Source of the DNA: Octopus vulgaris
Taxonomy: Eukaryota
Direction: 5' to 3'
Assembly (NCBI GenBank): GCA_951406725.2
Contig: OX597826.1
Span: 57,660,001 to 57,724,000 of the forward strand
Length of the DNA stretch: 64,000 nucleotides
Shown here: positions 13,453-26,833 of the stretch, piece after piece
Position numbering within the stretch: the stretch's first letter is position 1
How the letters are laid out: each line of letters opens with the position of its first letter
Notes under the pieces: model-generated
Seen by the model: only the letters and a program-made list of their open reading frames with translations
Databases searched by the model: none
Told to the model about the DNA's origin: nothing
Position numbers and translations under genes: made by a program

Positions 13453-13984
13453 GTATGTATATATGTATCTATGTGTGTATTTTGGTGATTGTTCCCTAAT
13501 GTCACCACTAGTGAACTGGTGTTGCTTTGTTTACACCCCTGTAACTTAGTCTATTGGTTTCTTTTGCCAAACAGCTAAGTACTAGGCTGAAAAAGTACTG
13601 AGGCTGATTTGTGTGATTAAACTATTTGAAGTGGAGCCCCAGCATGGCTGTAGCCCAATGACTGAAACAAGTAAATGCTAAAAGATAGCACAGTGAATGT
13701 GTATTGAGGAAGAACAGGGTACTATTGGGAGTATCATGGGGTAGAGCTAGTCTGCAGAATTGTAGCATGGTTTATCAGATAGTATTGGTATTGTAGAGAA
13801 TTATCTTGGAGGATGATGATGATATCTGTACAGTATCATTCAACTAACATATATTGTTCCATAACAATTACTTAGAACTAGAAGATGATTTGTGAGATGG
13901 AAAAGATCATTTTAACCAATTTACAGAATTACAGAAACATTCAAGACAGATCAGCTTAGTGCTGCAACAAATATATTTATATCA

Positions 13985-14022
<38 letters not shown>

Positions 14023-14208
14023 ACATACACACACACAAACAAAGGCTCCAAGAAACTTATATAAAAACCTTGAAATATAAAAAGAAATATCTAAACATTT
14101 CTTTGTCAAGTTACATTTCAAACTAAGATATTACATACATATGCACAGATAGATACATAAATAAGCATATCTATATAGATTTATAGATAGATACATACAT
14201 ACAAAAGC

Positions 14209-14243
<35 letters not shown>

Positions 14244-14577
14244 TATACATAATAGATTTATATATATGTATATACATACACAAAGAAAGAGTGACACACA
14301 CACACACATATGTAAATGGAAATATTCTGAATGGAAAACACCTACTTAAAGATGCTCTTAACAAGGAACATATCTCTTAACAAGGGACATATCTCCCAGT
14401 GTTAAAATGCTATATTCATGGTTTCCTGCCATTTTCACCAACAAAGATATATTCTCAGGCTACCATCTTGTTTATTGTAAGCCACTACGAGAGGGAAAGA
14501 GATGGATAGATAGAGAGATAGAGATAGGGGAGGAATGAGAGCAAGATTTATTGATCCTTTAATATATTTATAAATAA

Positions 14578-14668
<91 letters not shown>

Positions 14669-14884
14669 TATATATATATATGTGTATATATAGACACACC
14701 TAATGGATGAGGCAAAAATTGCTAACCCATCATAAATAGAAACAAGGAGAAATACAATATGTTTAATTAAGATATAGTGCAAGTAAAAATGGGAAAAAAA
14801 AAAATTTGAAGTAATAGCTGATGTGATATGCAGTATAGTCTCTAAAATATAATTCACATACATATTAAATATATGTATATGTGT

Positions 14885-14931
<47 letters not shown>

Positions 14932-15337
14932 CATATGTGTGTATGTGTGTATATATATATATATATTATTCATATATACTATCAATTTGTGACACACAGA
15001 CACACACACACACATGGGTGAGTAGATGTTTAGCAAATATGAAGTTTTGCTTAGTTTACTCTAATTTGCTAAAATAGAGTAATAGCTAATATATTTGTTA
15101 CAGACTAAAATGAATAGTCTTGTGCGTGTACATGTGTATAGTGTGATCTTAAGTTCAATCTCAGTATGTCTTTAAGTTCAATCTCAGAAAACCTGCCTCA
15201 ACAAATTCCATCAGACTTATTCAAGAATAGATATGTGTACATTAAGCAATGATGATGATTATGATGATGATGATGAAGAGAATGCATAATTCAATCAACT
15301 TTTTTCACATCTCCTTCACCATACTCCAGAAAAGTAT

Positions 15338-15396
15338 TTTTTTAAAAATTTATTTTATCTAGTTTCAGCTCACGAGCTGTGGCCATGCTGGGGCAC
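15338..15396 (-). mobile_element. Very short retroposed 3'-end fragment, family G
   Basis: The minus strand reads gtgccccagcatggccacagctcgtgagctgaaactagataaaa. The same unit is at 55747 (+). Confidence 0.75.
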
Positions 15397-15720
15397 AGTA
15401 TATTACATAAAGTAAATAAAGTTGTTATTATTGTTACTTATGTGTACCAGCTTTAGGTCAACTCTGGGCAAACAGACATACAGTACACAGGTAGTTGTTC
15501 AAAAGACCAAGCGAGGCCCACAGATCTGTTATTCCAGATATCATATTCTTTTAACAAATTGAGAACCGTGATGCATTCAGTGACATGCAGTCACTAATCA
15601 CACAGGGTGCAGTGATGCAATAGGGACATATATTCTCTACATATTATATTCTTAAGTTCTACAGTTTCAGAAATGGCAAATATTTTGATTGTCTGTGAGC
15701 AATAGACAAACAAACAAATA

Positions 15721-15895
15721 GGCGCAGGAGTGGCTGTGTGGTAAGTAGCTTGTTTACCAACCACATGGTTCCGGGTTCAGTCCCACTGTGTGACACCTTG
15801 GGCAAGTGTCTTCTACTATAGCCTCGGGCCGACCAAAGCCTTGTGAGTGGATTTGGTAGACGGAAACTGAAAGAAGCCCGTCGTATATATGTATG

Positions 15896-15930
<35 letters not shown>

Positions 15931-16135
15931 TTGTCCCCCTAGCATTGCTTGACAACCGATGTTGGTGTGTTTACGTCCCCGTTACTTAGCGGTTCGGCAA
16001 AAGAGACCGAGAGAATAAGTACTGGGCTTACAAAATAATAAGTCCCGGGTTCGAGTTGCTCGACTAAAGGCGGTGCTCCAGCATGGCCGCAGTCAAATGA
16101 CTGAAACATGTAAAAGAGTAAAAGAGTAAAGAGTA
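15721..16135 (+). mobile_element. Full-length young family A SINE
   Basis: Near-identical to 6082-6489. Confidence 0.92.
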
Positions 16136-17910
16136 AACCAGTTAATTTTATTTTCAAGAAATCTAGTGATTTATATCAAAATCTACACATCTATTTTACA
16201 GAAATGTAATATAAGTGAATCACAACACTGCAAACACACCAAACTATCCAGTTTCCACTTAATTCAATACTCAACCAAAAACCAATCAGTGTATTTCTAT
16301 CTTTCTTTATTTATCTGTCTACCTATCTATCTATTTATTTATCTATGTATCTATCTATCTCTCTTTCTTAAACTGTCTTTCTCCCTCCTCACTGTTTTTA
16401 TCAGCTGTATTGACAGATGATTTTGGGAAAAGAATACTTAGCCTTCTGTTCAGGACAGATCACAGTGCTAATGTTGGGATATGAAACCATAACCCTTCTG
16501 GTAAAAGAGGTGATATATTCATTTGGCTATTGTAGGTTCTCCCTGACAGTGATATTGATCCAGTTGAGTAGTAGCATCAACACAAAACGGCTACAAGTAA
16601 TCACAGCTCAACATAAGTTCTTTTATGACTTCCATTTATGAGAGAGAGGACAATTTCAGTTTAGAAATAGAAAAAGACAGGGATCATTTCAGCATGCCTA
16701 GCATCAAGCCACACAATGAGATCCCACATTATATGCACTAAGCAACTGCATCTCATAACCATAAATAAATACAATACCCAAGGATATTTGCAATTATTTC
16801 TGAATGTGCATTTTGACGATTTAATGAAAAGCATGAATCTAAAAAAGGTTTGTACGCCAAGTAATTTTGTAAAAGCTTTTGTTCTGAATGTATATATTAC
16901 TGTATATGGCAGTATATATTACAGTCAGAATTGTGTTGCTCCACCAGTTGCTTGCTGTGAGCAAATCACATCTGAATTAAGTAGCCTTTTCCTTGCTTTG
17001 TACATCATGGTATTTTGTTATGAGAGCATTCATAGAAATTCTATACACGTTGAATCCTCAATTGAAAAACCAATAGTTAGGGGACTAAAGATGTGCTGTA
17101 TCTATTGTGCATAGTCAGATTAGTGGAACAAGTGATATTTTAAGGTAGTCTATGACCAAATGGTGTGGTTTTTCAGGACCAAGTATTTTATTCTATTTGT
17201 CATGTGGTTAAACTAAATCTAAATATATTGTTGTGCTCTCTAGATCCAATTGCTAACAGTGGAATTCTGGCATATCTGCATGATTTCTCTAGCGATCAGC
17301 TATCAACAAAGACAAATGGAAGGGATTGTTGTTGTCGTCATTATTATCATTATTATTATTATTATTATTATTATTAGTATCATCATTATTATTATTATTA
17401 TTTAGCCATCTCAATAAAAGTCTTTTCAACAACTTAGCAAAGGCAATCCTTCATTGTGTAGGATTTTGCATGAGCATGGCCAAAGCACTGAACTTTAAAT
17501 TTCATAACCATGCTTCCTACTTCTCCTCCTCCTCCTCCAACTACTACTACTACTACAACTCTTTCCTATTGAACAAACCATACATTCCCAGTTTTATTAG
17601 AGTTAAATGCTTTGCCTATGGATTTTCACATCATTAGTGATGGTGTATGATCACATGGTACACGATCCAATATTAAAATTGCATAATTGCATCTGCAGTT
17701 AAATCAATATATTCCCTTTTGGAGAAATAACAGACGGAATAAAAAGAAACTACAAAAATATATACATAAATGCAAGCATGGCTGTGTGGTTTAGCGTTCG
17801 ATCCCGCTTCATTCTAGTTTTGTGCAAGTATCTTCAGCTGCACCTTTAGGCTGACCAAAGCCTTGTGCACAGAATTTGATGGAAACACTAGGAAAGTCCA
17901 CTGTATATAT

Positions 17911-18117
17911 AAAATGTGACCTCGTGTGTACCGTTGGCGATTTTTTTTCCTCTGTCTTCCCTTCTCTGGATCTTTCCTTCTCCTATGTTTCCGAAGAAGA
18001 GCTCTGCTTGAAACGTTAAACCCTCCTTCTTTCCTTCTTTCCTGAGCATCCAATAATACTATATTTGTTCCACGTCCTCGCGTTGTTGTGTTTTTTTGTG
18101 TTTTCTTGTTTGGATTA

Positions 18118-18121
<4 letters not shown>
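17911..18121 (+). mobile_element. Family C1 Penelope-like unit following an old family A 5' half (17770-17905)
   Basis: Homologous to 13030-13231, with (AT)n on both sides. Confidence 0.65.
17987..18021 (+). ncRNA. Minimal type I hammerhead-ribozyme-like motif (U4C variant)
   Basis: GTTT-CCGAAGA-A-GAGC-TCT-GCTT-GAAAC-GT-T-AAAC. Stem I is GTTT/AAAC, stem II is GAGC/GCTY, and stem III is the loop-less palindrome ACGT. Confidence 0.55.
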
Positions 18122-18173
<52 letters not shown>

Positions 18174-18319
18174 AATATCAGACAATGAGAATGATTGTTC
18201 AACACTACATTGATAGATAAAATTTCTTTATTTGTGTATTAAGGCTACCATTGTTTCCAAGTTGAGAAAATTATCTTAATATCCTAAGTTTTCATCCCAA
18301 ATGGAGGAGAACATCATAA

Positions 18320-18630
18320 TCCCAGGTTGACCAAAGCCATATGAGTGGATTTGGTAGATGGAAACTGAAAGAAGCCTGTTGTATATGTGTGTGTGTGTGT
18401 GCGTGTTTGTGAATGTTTGTGTGTTTGTGCTTGTCACCCCAACATAGCTTGACAACTGATGCTGGTGTGTTTACATTCCCGTAACTTAGCAGTTCGCCAA
18501 AAGGGACAATAGAATAAGTACTAGGCTTACAAAGAATAAGTCCTGGAGTTGATTTGCTCGACTAAAGGCGGTGCCCCAGCATGGCTGCAGTCAAATGACT
18601 GAAACAAGTAAAAGGAAGAATAAAAGAAAG
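18320..18630 (+). mobile_element. 5'-truncated family A SINE
   Basis: Matches the family A body and tail. Confidence 0.85.
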
Positions 18631-20739
18631 AATATATATATATATTGCATCATGAACACCCACTGCAGAGGATGCAAATAACCAAAAGTGTGAAATGTCA
18701 ATAGGGAATAAATGGTATAAACTGCATCTTGTATTTTCCATACCTTTCACAAACATATCTATGGTTTTGCTTTGCAATGCAAACTAGTACTAGTACTAAA
18801 TTACATTGCTTTATGTCAAAAGTTTAAGTTTGTGGTTTGTCAGGATAAGTAGCAAACAGAAATGAGTACTAAGGTTAATGCCATGCCATAGCTCCTTAAC
18901 TTATTATGAGTTACAAATATGCTGTTGTGACATTTTTTTATCTTGGGCATTTTTAGACTCAGCAGACCCGTCCCTTTGCAGATGTGACCACAGTCAATTT
19001 CTTACAGAAAGAGACAGACAGGAACAGTAAGAGAAAAGGAAGAATCAACCCTAGTACAGTACTGATACTTTATTTATTGACCTCAGAGAACGAAGGACTT
19101 AAGTTGACCATGGCAAGATTAGAACCCAGAGCTCGGAGAACCAGAACAATTACTGCAAAGCATTCAGATTCTTTAACAAGGCTGCACTGCTGAGGTTAAT
19201 ATGATTGATTAAAAGCTCTGAATGTGGTGCTCCAGCATGGTTGCAAGCCCAATGACTAAAATTCGTAACAAAAAAAAAAAGGGCAAAAAAAGTATTGATC
19301 ACAGAACATGGAATCATTTTACCACCCTACTTTATAAGGAGAACTGTGATATGACTTGGAACACTTTAGCACTTTACTGAATACTAGAAAATAAAAGGGT
19401 TATACACATTTTAATATGTTAACACCACATGTATAGAGATTGACTTTAAAAGATATGAATGAAGTTAAATAGAAGCTGATCAAAATCAAAGTCTCACAGT
19501 GAAGATTTTGATGACTAACAGTGATTGAAAAAAACTCTTTAATGATTAGATCTGCTGTTTTGAAGCTATTGTTCTGCTTACACAATTTTTTACCTGATTA
19601 CTGTTTGTGATCAGCTCATCTTCAAAATTAATTTCTCTTCTTTTATTAACAATTTCTTTAGCCCAACAAATCCGAAACAATTTCTTTTCTTGTATAATTG
19701 CCCTTAAGCTTTGCAGATCTGGTAAATATACACTAAAGTTGTTTTCCTGTATAGGTAAAATTAATGTCTTGATGCACTTCTAAGTGGAGTAAATTTTATT
19801 TTGATATTGTTGCTATTGTTATAGTTGCTATTGTATTTGTTGTTCAATTCTTTGTTTTACTTTTTATTCTGTATATCAGAGCTTTTGTTTTCTTTTGTAT
19901 TGTTTTGTTTCTTCTTCCCCAGCAAGAGATTCATCAACACAATTGCAACTTCAATGAAAGAGATAAATAAATATTTTCTGCATCTGTGACTGGGCTTTCT
20001 TTCATACAACACGCTTCAACATGTTTGCATAGACTGGAAATTGCAAGCTTTGTATTTTAACATTTTGAACAACATTTGTACTTATCAAAACTCTAAATAA
20101 CTTCCTTCAGGCCATTTTGGTTTTACTAGCCATTTTCCCAGCCATTATACATGTCAATCAAAGACATATGTGAACCAGTCGAATGAACAGAGAGGATATT
20201 ATTGAAGGTCACTAACTGAAAGATTTCTGCCAGATTACACTTTAACAAATGCAGCCCAAGAGCAGTACTTATCTCTCTCTCTCTCTCCTTCTCTCTCTTT
20301 CAAGCGCTTCCTTCTTCCTCATCACCTCTCCCTCCCTCATTTCCATTTCCGTTTGCTTTCTCCCCCTCTCTCATAAAGATGGTATGTAATAGTCATACAC
20401 CAGGTAGTACAGCTTGCATACAGGAACAACTTCAAAATTGTTTAATATATATAAGAGAATCTGGAAAGAAAATCTACCTTCATTTCCTAAGCTTATAAAA
20501 TTACAATATGAGAACAGACTTCAGCACTTCATGCACAAAAAATATTTGTTTTGTGGGGTTTTTTTTTTTCTTATAAGAAGAAAAATACATTTAAAAAAAA
20601 AAATGTAAAAATGAACAAAAAATGGAAAGAAGAGAATATGAGAACCATTCAGTAAGTAATTAAAATTACTTCCTGACCTTGCAGCACCTTCCAGTCAAAC
20701 ATCTGCACAGTTACATACAAAAATATAGATCTTCATGTA

Positions 20740-21001
20740 TACATATGTGTGTATCTGTAAATATATACACATATACATACACATATGTATGTATATACAT
20801 ATGTATACTCATATATATTATATATATATATATATATATACGCACACATATATACGTATGCATATATGTGCGTATATATATATATATATATGTATGCATA
20901 TATGCGCATACACATGTGTGTGTATACACACAAGTATCTGTGAATGTATATATATATGAATGTATAGATTTGTGTGTATATATATATATATATTTATGTG
21001 C

Positions 21002-21039
<38 letters not shown>

Positions 21040-21078
21040 ATGTATTTATGTGTGTGTGTGTATATATATATATAGTGG

Positions 21079-21124
<46 letters not shown>

Positions 21125-21130
21125 CACATA
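20740..21130. repeat. Compound AT/GT/(GATA)n microsatellite block
   Basis: Directly visible. Confidence 0.95.
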
Positions 21131-21706
21131 TACATATGATACGCTAGCATGCGTGTGTGCATGTGTCAATGGAACAACTAATGAGCGAGAGGATAATATG
21201 CATTATAAAAAAAAAAAACGCCAAGTGATAAATAAGTAGGATGTAATTATAAGTACAATAAAATTTGTGGTATAGACTTTTATGGTACTGTGCATTGTTA
21301 TAACTTAACATTGGGCATTTCTACACACCATTGAAATCTATTATATGTAGTAAAGAAAGAAACAGGCTTTCTTATGATTTAACATAAAATAGCAGTAATG
21401 TGATGAACATATGGCAGTGGTTGTAATTCTTGCTTAGAGTGCTTTCACTCATTGTGTCTATTCCATTGGGAAAGCCAATAAAGCCACAATTTCCAATTTC
21501 TTCACTATGTATCCATAATTCTAACTCTCTATGCTTACCAAAAGAAGAAAATACAAGAATTCATAGTAAAACAATGTTGACAGCCTTTATATGGGGTAAA
21601 AATGTATGCAGAAAAAGGGTCTATTGTGTGCAAACATGTGTATTTGTGTTGTACATATACATATATACACATACATACATACATACATACATACTATATA
21701 TATATA

Positions 21707-21768
<62 letters not shown>

Positions 21769-21788
21769 CACACACACACACACACATA

Positions 21789-23055
21789 TTGAGCCATCTC
21801 ATAAATAACGCGTGTTTTTTAATACTTTTATGTTTCAAAATTAAGATAAACAAAATTTTTTTTTTAATCTAAACTATACTCTCCTTCATTTTCTACAATG
21901 CCCTTCCATATAATCTGGTAGTCTTGCAAGGCCCCTCTTCCAAAATTCACTTGTCCGTGATGAAAAATACTCCTCCAGTACTGCTCTGACCTCATCTACA
22001 GAATTCATATTTTTTCCGTCCAAGTGATTTTGAAGACTGCGGAATAAATGATAATCAGATAGGGCAATGTCTAGCAAATATGGTTGGTGGGGAATTGTTT
22101 CCCATTGAAACTGCTCCAGCCTTTTGAATGTCATCTTCACTGTATGTGGCTGAGCATTATCCTGATGGAAGAAAACCTTTTGTCTTGACACCAAAGATGA
22201 TCGTTTTTCTTCTCGCGCTGACTTAAGCCACTCAAGCTGCCCACAGTAGATCTCCTTTGTTATCATTTGGTTTGGGTGATTAAACCTCTCATATCCCACC
22301 AAACAGATAACAACACCTTATGTGGGTGAAGACCTTCTTTAGCCTGGGGTTCCAGTGTTTCTCCTTTCCCTACCCACTGTCTTTGGCGCTTGACATTTTT
22401 ATAGAGAATCCATTTCTCATCACCAGTCACTCATTCAGTTCAAAAAAAGGTTCATGTGTGCGATGTGACAGCAAAGAAGAGCACACATTCACTTTCTGCA
22501 CACTATTAGACTCAGAAAGTTTGCGAGGAACCCATTGACCCAATTTGCTGACTTTTCTGATGGCATGCAGATGTTGAAGAATGGTAGAATGACCAAATCC
22601 AAGCTTCCCAGCTAGTTCCTCAACTTCTACGATTTTTTTCCACCAGGGTTTGTGGGATGTCCTTGTTGAGCTCTACAGATCTTTGAGGATGAGGCTCATC
22701 TTCTAGGCTGTGAGTTTTGGCTCAGAATTTCTGGAACTACTATTGACACTTGTCTTACACTCTTTGTCTGATCCCCATATTCTGCATTAACATTCCTCAC
22801 ATTTTCCATTGCATTGTTGCCTATATTGAACTCATAAAATAAAATATGCTGAATATGCTCCTTTGTCACTTCCATTATAGCTTTGAAAAAATTAACTGTT
22901 GAAATTGAACTGCACTCTTCAAAGTTTGCACTAAGAATAAGGAACAAGGTAAAATTACTACCTGCTTTCATAGCAAGTCGATGCAGGTATTTTATCCAGT
23001 CCCCCTCTGACTTTTAGTTCATGCAATTTAAAAAAACCACATTATTTATGGGATA

Positions 23056-23060
<5 letters not shown>
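21789..23060 (-). mobile_element. Full-length mariner (Tc1/mariner, DD34D-type) DNA transposon, inactivated
   Basis: ~1.27 kb with imperfect ~30-bp TIRs (gagccatctcataaataacgcgtgtttttt and aaaaaaccacattatttatgggatagccat), TA flanks, and transposase motifs inside. Confidence 0.9.
21886..22875 (-). pseudogene. Frameshifted mariner transposase
   Basis: N-terminal HTH 'MEVTKEHIQHILFYEFNIGNNA'; 'KLGQWVPRKLS' (WVPHEL motif); 'VTGDEKWILYKN'; 'FHQDNAQPH'; 'PYLLDIALSDYHLFRSLQNHL' (YSPDLAPSDY motif). The motifs are spread over several frames. Confidence 0.9.
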
Positions 23061-23094
<34 letters not shown>

Positions 23095-23097
<3 letters not shown>

Positions 23098-23260
23098 CTT
23101 TTATCTCTTTCAGTCACTGGACTGTGGCCATGCTGGGTTTTTGCTAAACAAAGCAACCCCAGTACTTTTTTAAAAGCTTGGTACTTATTCTGTCAGTCCC
23201 TAATGTCATACTGCTAAGTTGCAGGGTGTAAACAAATCCATACTGGTTCTCAAGCAGGGG
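23095..23260 (-). mobile_element. Degenerate family A 3' half
   Basis: 'tttcagtcactggactgtggccatgctgg...cttattctgtcagt...ctaagttgcaggg' matches the family A reverse complement. Confidence 0.65.
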
Positions 23261-24354
23261 TGGTCAAACTACCACCACTTAAAACACACGCATATGCACA
23301 CACAAATACACACACATTTATTTTTCCTTTTGCCTTTTGAAATGCTGTTTAATAGGGAAACCAGTGCAGTGTATGTAAATGTTATATGGGGTGCAAAAGA
23401 TAAAGAAAACTGAAAACTTGGGACTCAACAAATAGTATGGCTAAAAATAACCTCTTCCATAGCCACAGAATAATGTTGCAAAAGCCATCGCATGATAGAA
23501 AATTTTACAACAAAGCAATCAATAATTAATTGACTGATTTATTAGTTAGCAACATAACTGAAGTAAATGACAATCATTGCATGTGTCTATTAACAATATG
23601 ACCCTCCCAAAGTATATCAATAAGAACAAGTGTGGCTGTTTATCAAAAATGCAGAAATCCAGAACAACATCAAATGATAAAATGTAGTAACTGAGAATCT
23701 GAATAAAAAGAGTTTTTAGTGAAGAACTGGATTGAGTTTCTTTAATAAGTATAACTGTGCAAAAGAAAGCAGAAGAAACTTTATTGCAATGGTTTGAATT
23801 CATAACTTCAAAAAAAAACAAGAAAATATTAAAAAAATTAACTGAATGTTTGATTGTTTAACTTTTCTTTTCATGTTCAACGAAGTAATTTCTTTCTTTC
23901 AAGAACTCTTAATATCTTAACAAATATGCATGCTACATCACTGAAATATGTTACATTCTCTTGAATCTTTCTCTATCATTGCCAAAAATCTCAAGATCAA
24001 ACCACCATGAAATAATTGCTTACCATTATAGATACCATGCTCCAAAAATAATAATGGTTGCAATGTATGTCAATTTCCCCCAGGAGAAATTTGTTAGTTA
24101 AAAGAACTATTACTTATAGAGGAGTTTCTGTAATTTAACCATAATAGAGAAGTTAGCAAATTCCCTTTGGTAACATAGTAACAGCAGTCTCACTTGAAGG
24201 CGACATGATTCTGAAATTGAAATATATAACACATATGGGGATAGTCAAATTTTGTTTTTGAGACAGACAAAAAAAATTAAAAGTCTGTTTCGAAATTTTT
24301 TATGGATCAGAATGTGTGAGCAGGTGTGTGTGTGTGTGTGCGTGTGTGTGTGTG

Positions 24355-24388
<34 letters not shown>

Positions 24389-25430
24389 CATGGATGCCTC
24401 CACATGAGAATATACACAAGTGTCAACATGTTTGATTTTATGTCTGTCTGCACTACTAGATGTATGTATGCTTATATCTGTGTGCGCGAATCAATTTACT
24501 GAACAATTCTACTTGTTGTACACCAATGTCCATGAAATTTGATCAAATCTAGACTCAACTCTTATCGTGTTAGAAATAACAGTTGAATATCAATCAAATT
24601 CCATCCTAATCAATCAAATTCTGTCCTATCATCTTAAAAAAAAAAGAAAGATAAATTGGATTACATAGTCTTAAATACGATATGACTGAAAATAAAGGTG
24701 GAAAATTCAGAACATCTTTGATCTATTCAGAAGAATTGAGCTGAATAGCAACTTCCAATTATTCTTGTACAAAATATCTCTTCCTCATTCCTACAACAGT
24801 TCCTCTGTTATTTATAACACACACCAAACTCTCGAACCAATAGCAGATGTTATCAACTCAATCATCTCAACCTCTCTTCATGACTGATGTATGCAGACCT
24901 TCTTAGCACTGATACACCTGATAGAGAGGGGAAATTATAAGCTTTTCTGATTTACCTGAACTACTTAGTATCCACATCTCTAACACCTCAGCACCCCAAA
25001 CATGTTTTCTCATCTCCAAATCCAACTAGTATTCAACCATTAGTGTCACTGCCTCACTGAATAATCTCACCTCTAAATAACCAAGGTAAATTACCACAAA
25101 TTAAAATAAGAGAATCAGCCTTGTAAACCTATGTGAGTGTATGGCAAGAAACACATCAGGTAAAGAGAGATATCAACAGCAGAGAACTTCGATGATCAAT
25201 AGGTGGTAACTGTATAAAAAATAATGATTGTGAAAGTGGTCACATCAATCACAGATGGTGGTAGTGGTAATGCTTTATCAGCTAAATACTAAGTATTGAT
25301 TATTAACAGAGGCACAAGTCAAATTTGGGAGAGAATTATATTTGATTATATTGATTTCAGTACTTGATTTTATTGACCTAAGAAAGATGGATGGAAAGTA
25401 AAATTTGTCTCAGCAGAATTTGAACTCAGA

Positions 25431-25727
25431 ATCATCATCATCATCATCATCGTCGTTTAACGTCCGTTTTCCATGCTAGCATGGGTTTGACGGTTCAACT
25501 GGGGTCTGTGAAGCCAGAAGGCTGCACCAGGCCCAGTCTGATCTGGCAATGTTTCTACAGCTGGATGCCCTTCCTAACGCCAACCACTCCGTGAGTGTAG
25601 TGGGTGCTTTTTACGTGCCACTGGCACAGGTGCCAGACAAGGCTGGCAAACGGCCACGATCGGATGGTGCTTTTTACTGGCGGCACTGGCTACGGTCACG
25701 TTCAGATGGTTCTCTGACATGCCACCG
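25431..25727 (-). mobile_element. Family E retroposon with an (ATG)n tail, RTE-related
   Basis: (cat)n-cgtttaacgtccgttttccatgctagcatgg..ggatgcccttcctaacgccaacc. Copies at 35486, 44973, 46330 and 60585; decayed ones near 38960, 39660, 41040 (+), 50220 and 58935. Confidence 0.85.
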
Positions 25728-26614
25728 TGATTTTTTAATTTTTTTTACATAGACATAAGGCCACAAATTTGAGGGAAGGGAACAGATGATTATATCAGCA
25801 GATAGTTTGTGTCAAACTTGGAAGCATAAAAAGCTAAACTGGTCATTGTGGGATTTGAACTCAGAATGTAAAGAGATGGAATAAATACTAGCAATTTACT
25901 TCCTCAAATAAAAAGTACTGACTACCAAAATTTGTAGACAAAATACTTGAAAAGAAACAGGTGATAGTGGTGGTAATGTAGAGGGTAGAGTAGAATCTTC
26001 ACTTTGTACTAAGAAAATATATGAAATAATGACTTTTGAAGAAGTATATGAAGGTGGTTATGATGATGGCAATGCTGAAAATGATAATGAAGGCAATAAT
26101 ATAAGTGATAATATTGAAGATGATGATGATGTCTATCATTACAATGACTATAAATATTGAGATTAATGTGGATAAAAATAATTGAGTACCATCACCTCCC
26201 CACAAATGACCTAACAACCACACAGTAGTAAATTATAACAACTTCGCATCCATTCACTAATAGTCCTTGGCCTCTTCATTGAAGCATGCGTTTGCCACAC
26301 CATATGGGTCCAGCTTATAGCAGTTACAAGACATGACATCAACGCACTATATGATCACATTACATTTATAATAAGATACATGAACAAATTAAAAATACAG
26401 TTGGTGGCCTTCTAGGCAGTAGTGAGGGGGTGATGCCATACAGTAGTGACTGGAATCTTTGGAGCAGTTACTGTAGTGAGAATATTGGTATTTTGCAACG
26501 GACAAATGAATTAACTAAAATGTGACAGATTTAAATCAGAAACTGTGATGGTGATTGCTTCCACAACAATACATTTAAACTATAAACGAAAAAGAGAAAA
26601 AAATAAAACTTTAA

Positions 26615-26833
26615 CCCTTTGGTATTTAAACCGACCATATCCGGCCAAAATATTTAATCTGTTTTATGTTCAAACTGACCAGATCCAGGCCCTCACACCT
26701 ACCCTACAATGTTATTCTACATTAAGTAATTACACCATCAAGATCTTGAAGATATGAGATAATGCATGATTAATTCAAATCAGTGTGAATCAATAAGCAT
26801 TATGTTTGATAGAATAATCAGAACACTAAAGGG
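26615..26833. mobile_element. piggyBac-type MITE, family F
   Basis: TTAA|CCCTTTGGTATT...AACACTAAAGGG|TTAA, with TTAA at 26611-14 and 26834-37. A second, interrupted copy is at 63196. Confidence 0.8.

Larger units (their letters stand above)
12815..13680 (+). mobile_element. Old family A SINE carrying three nested inserts in its central microsatellite
   Basis: 5' half at 12815-12990 and 3' half at 13455-13680 match family A. They are separated by a family E tail fragment, a C1 unit and a C2 unit. Confidence 0.75.

Noticed and set aside
16716-17114. 132-aa plus-strand ORF
   Set aside because: No recognisable domain, splice context or codon pattern; treated as chance.
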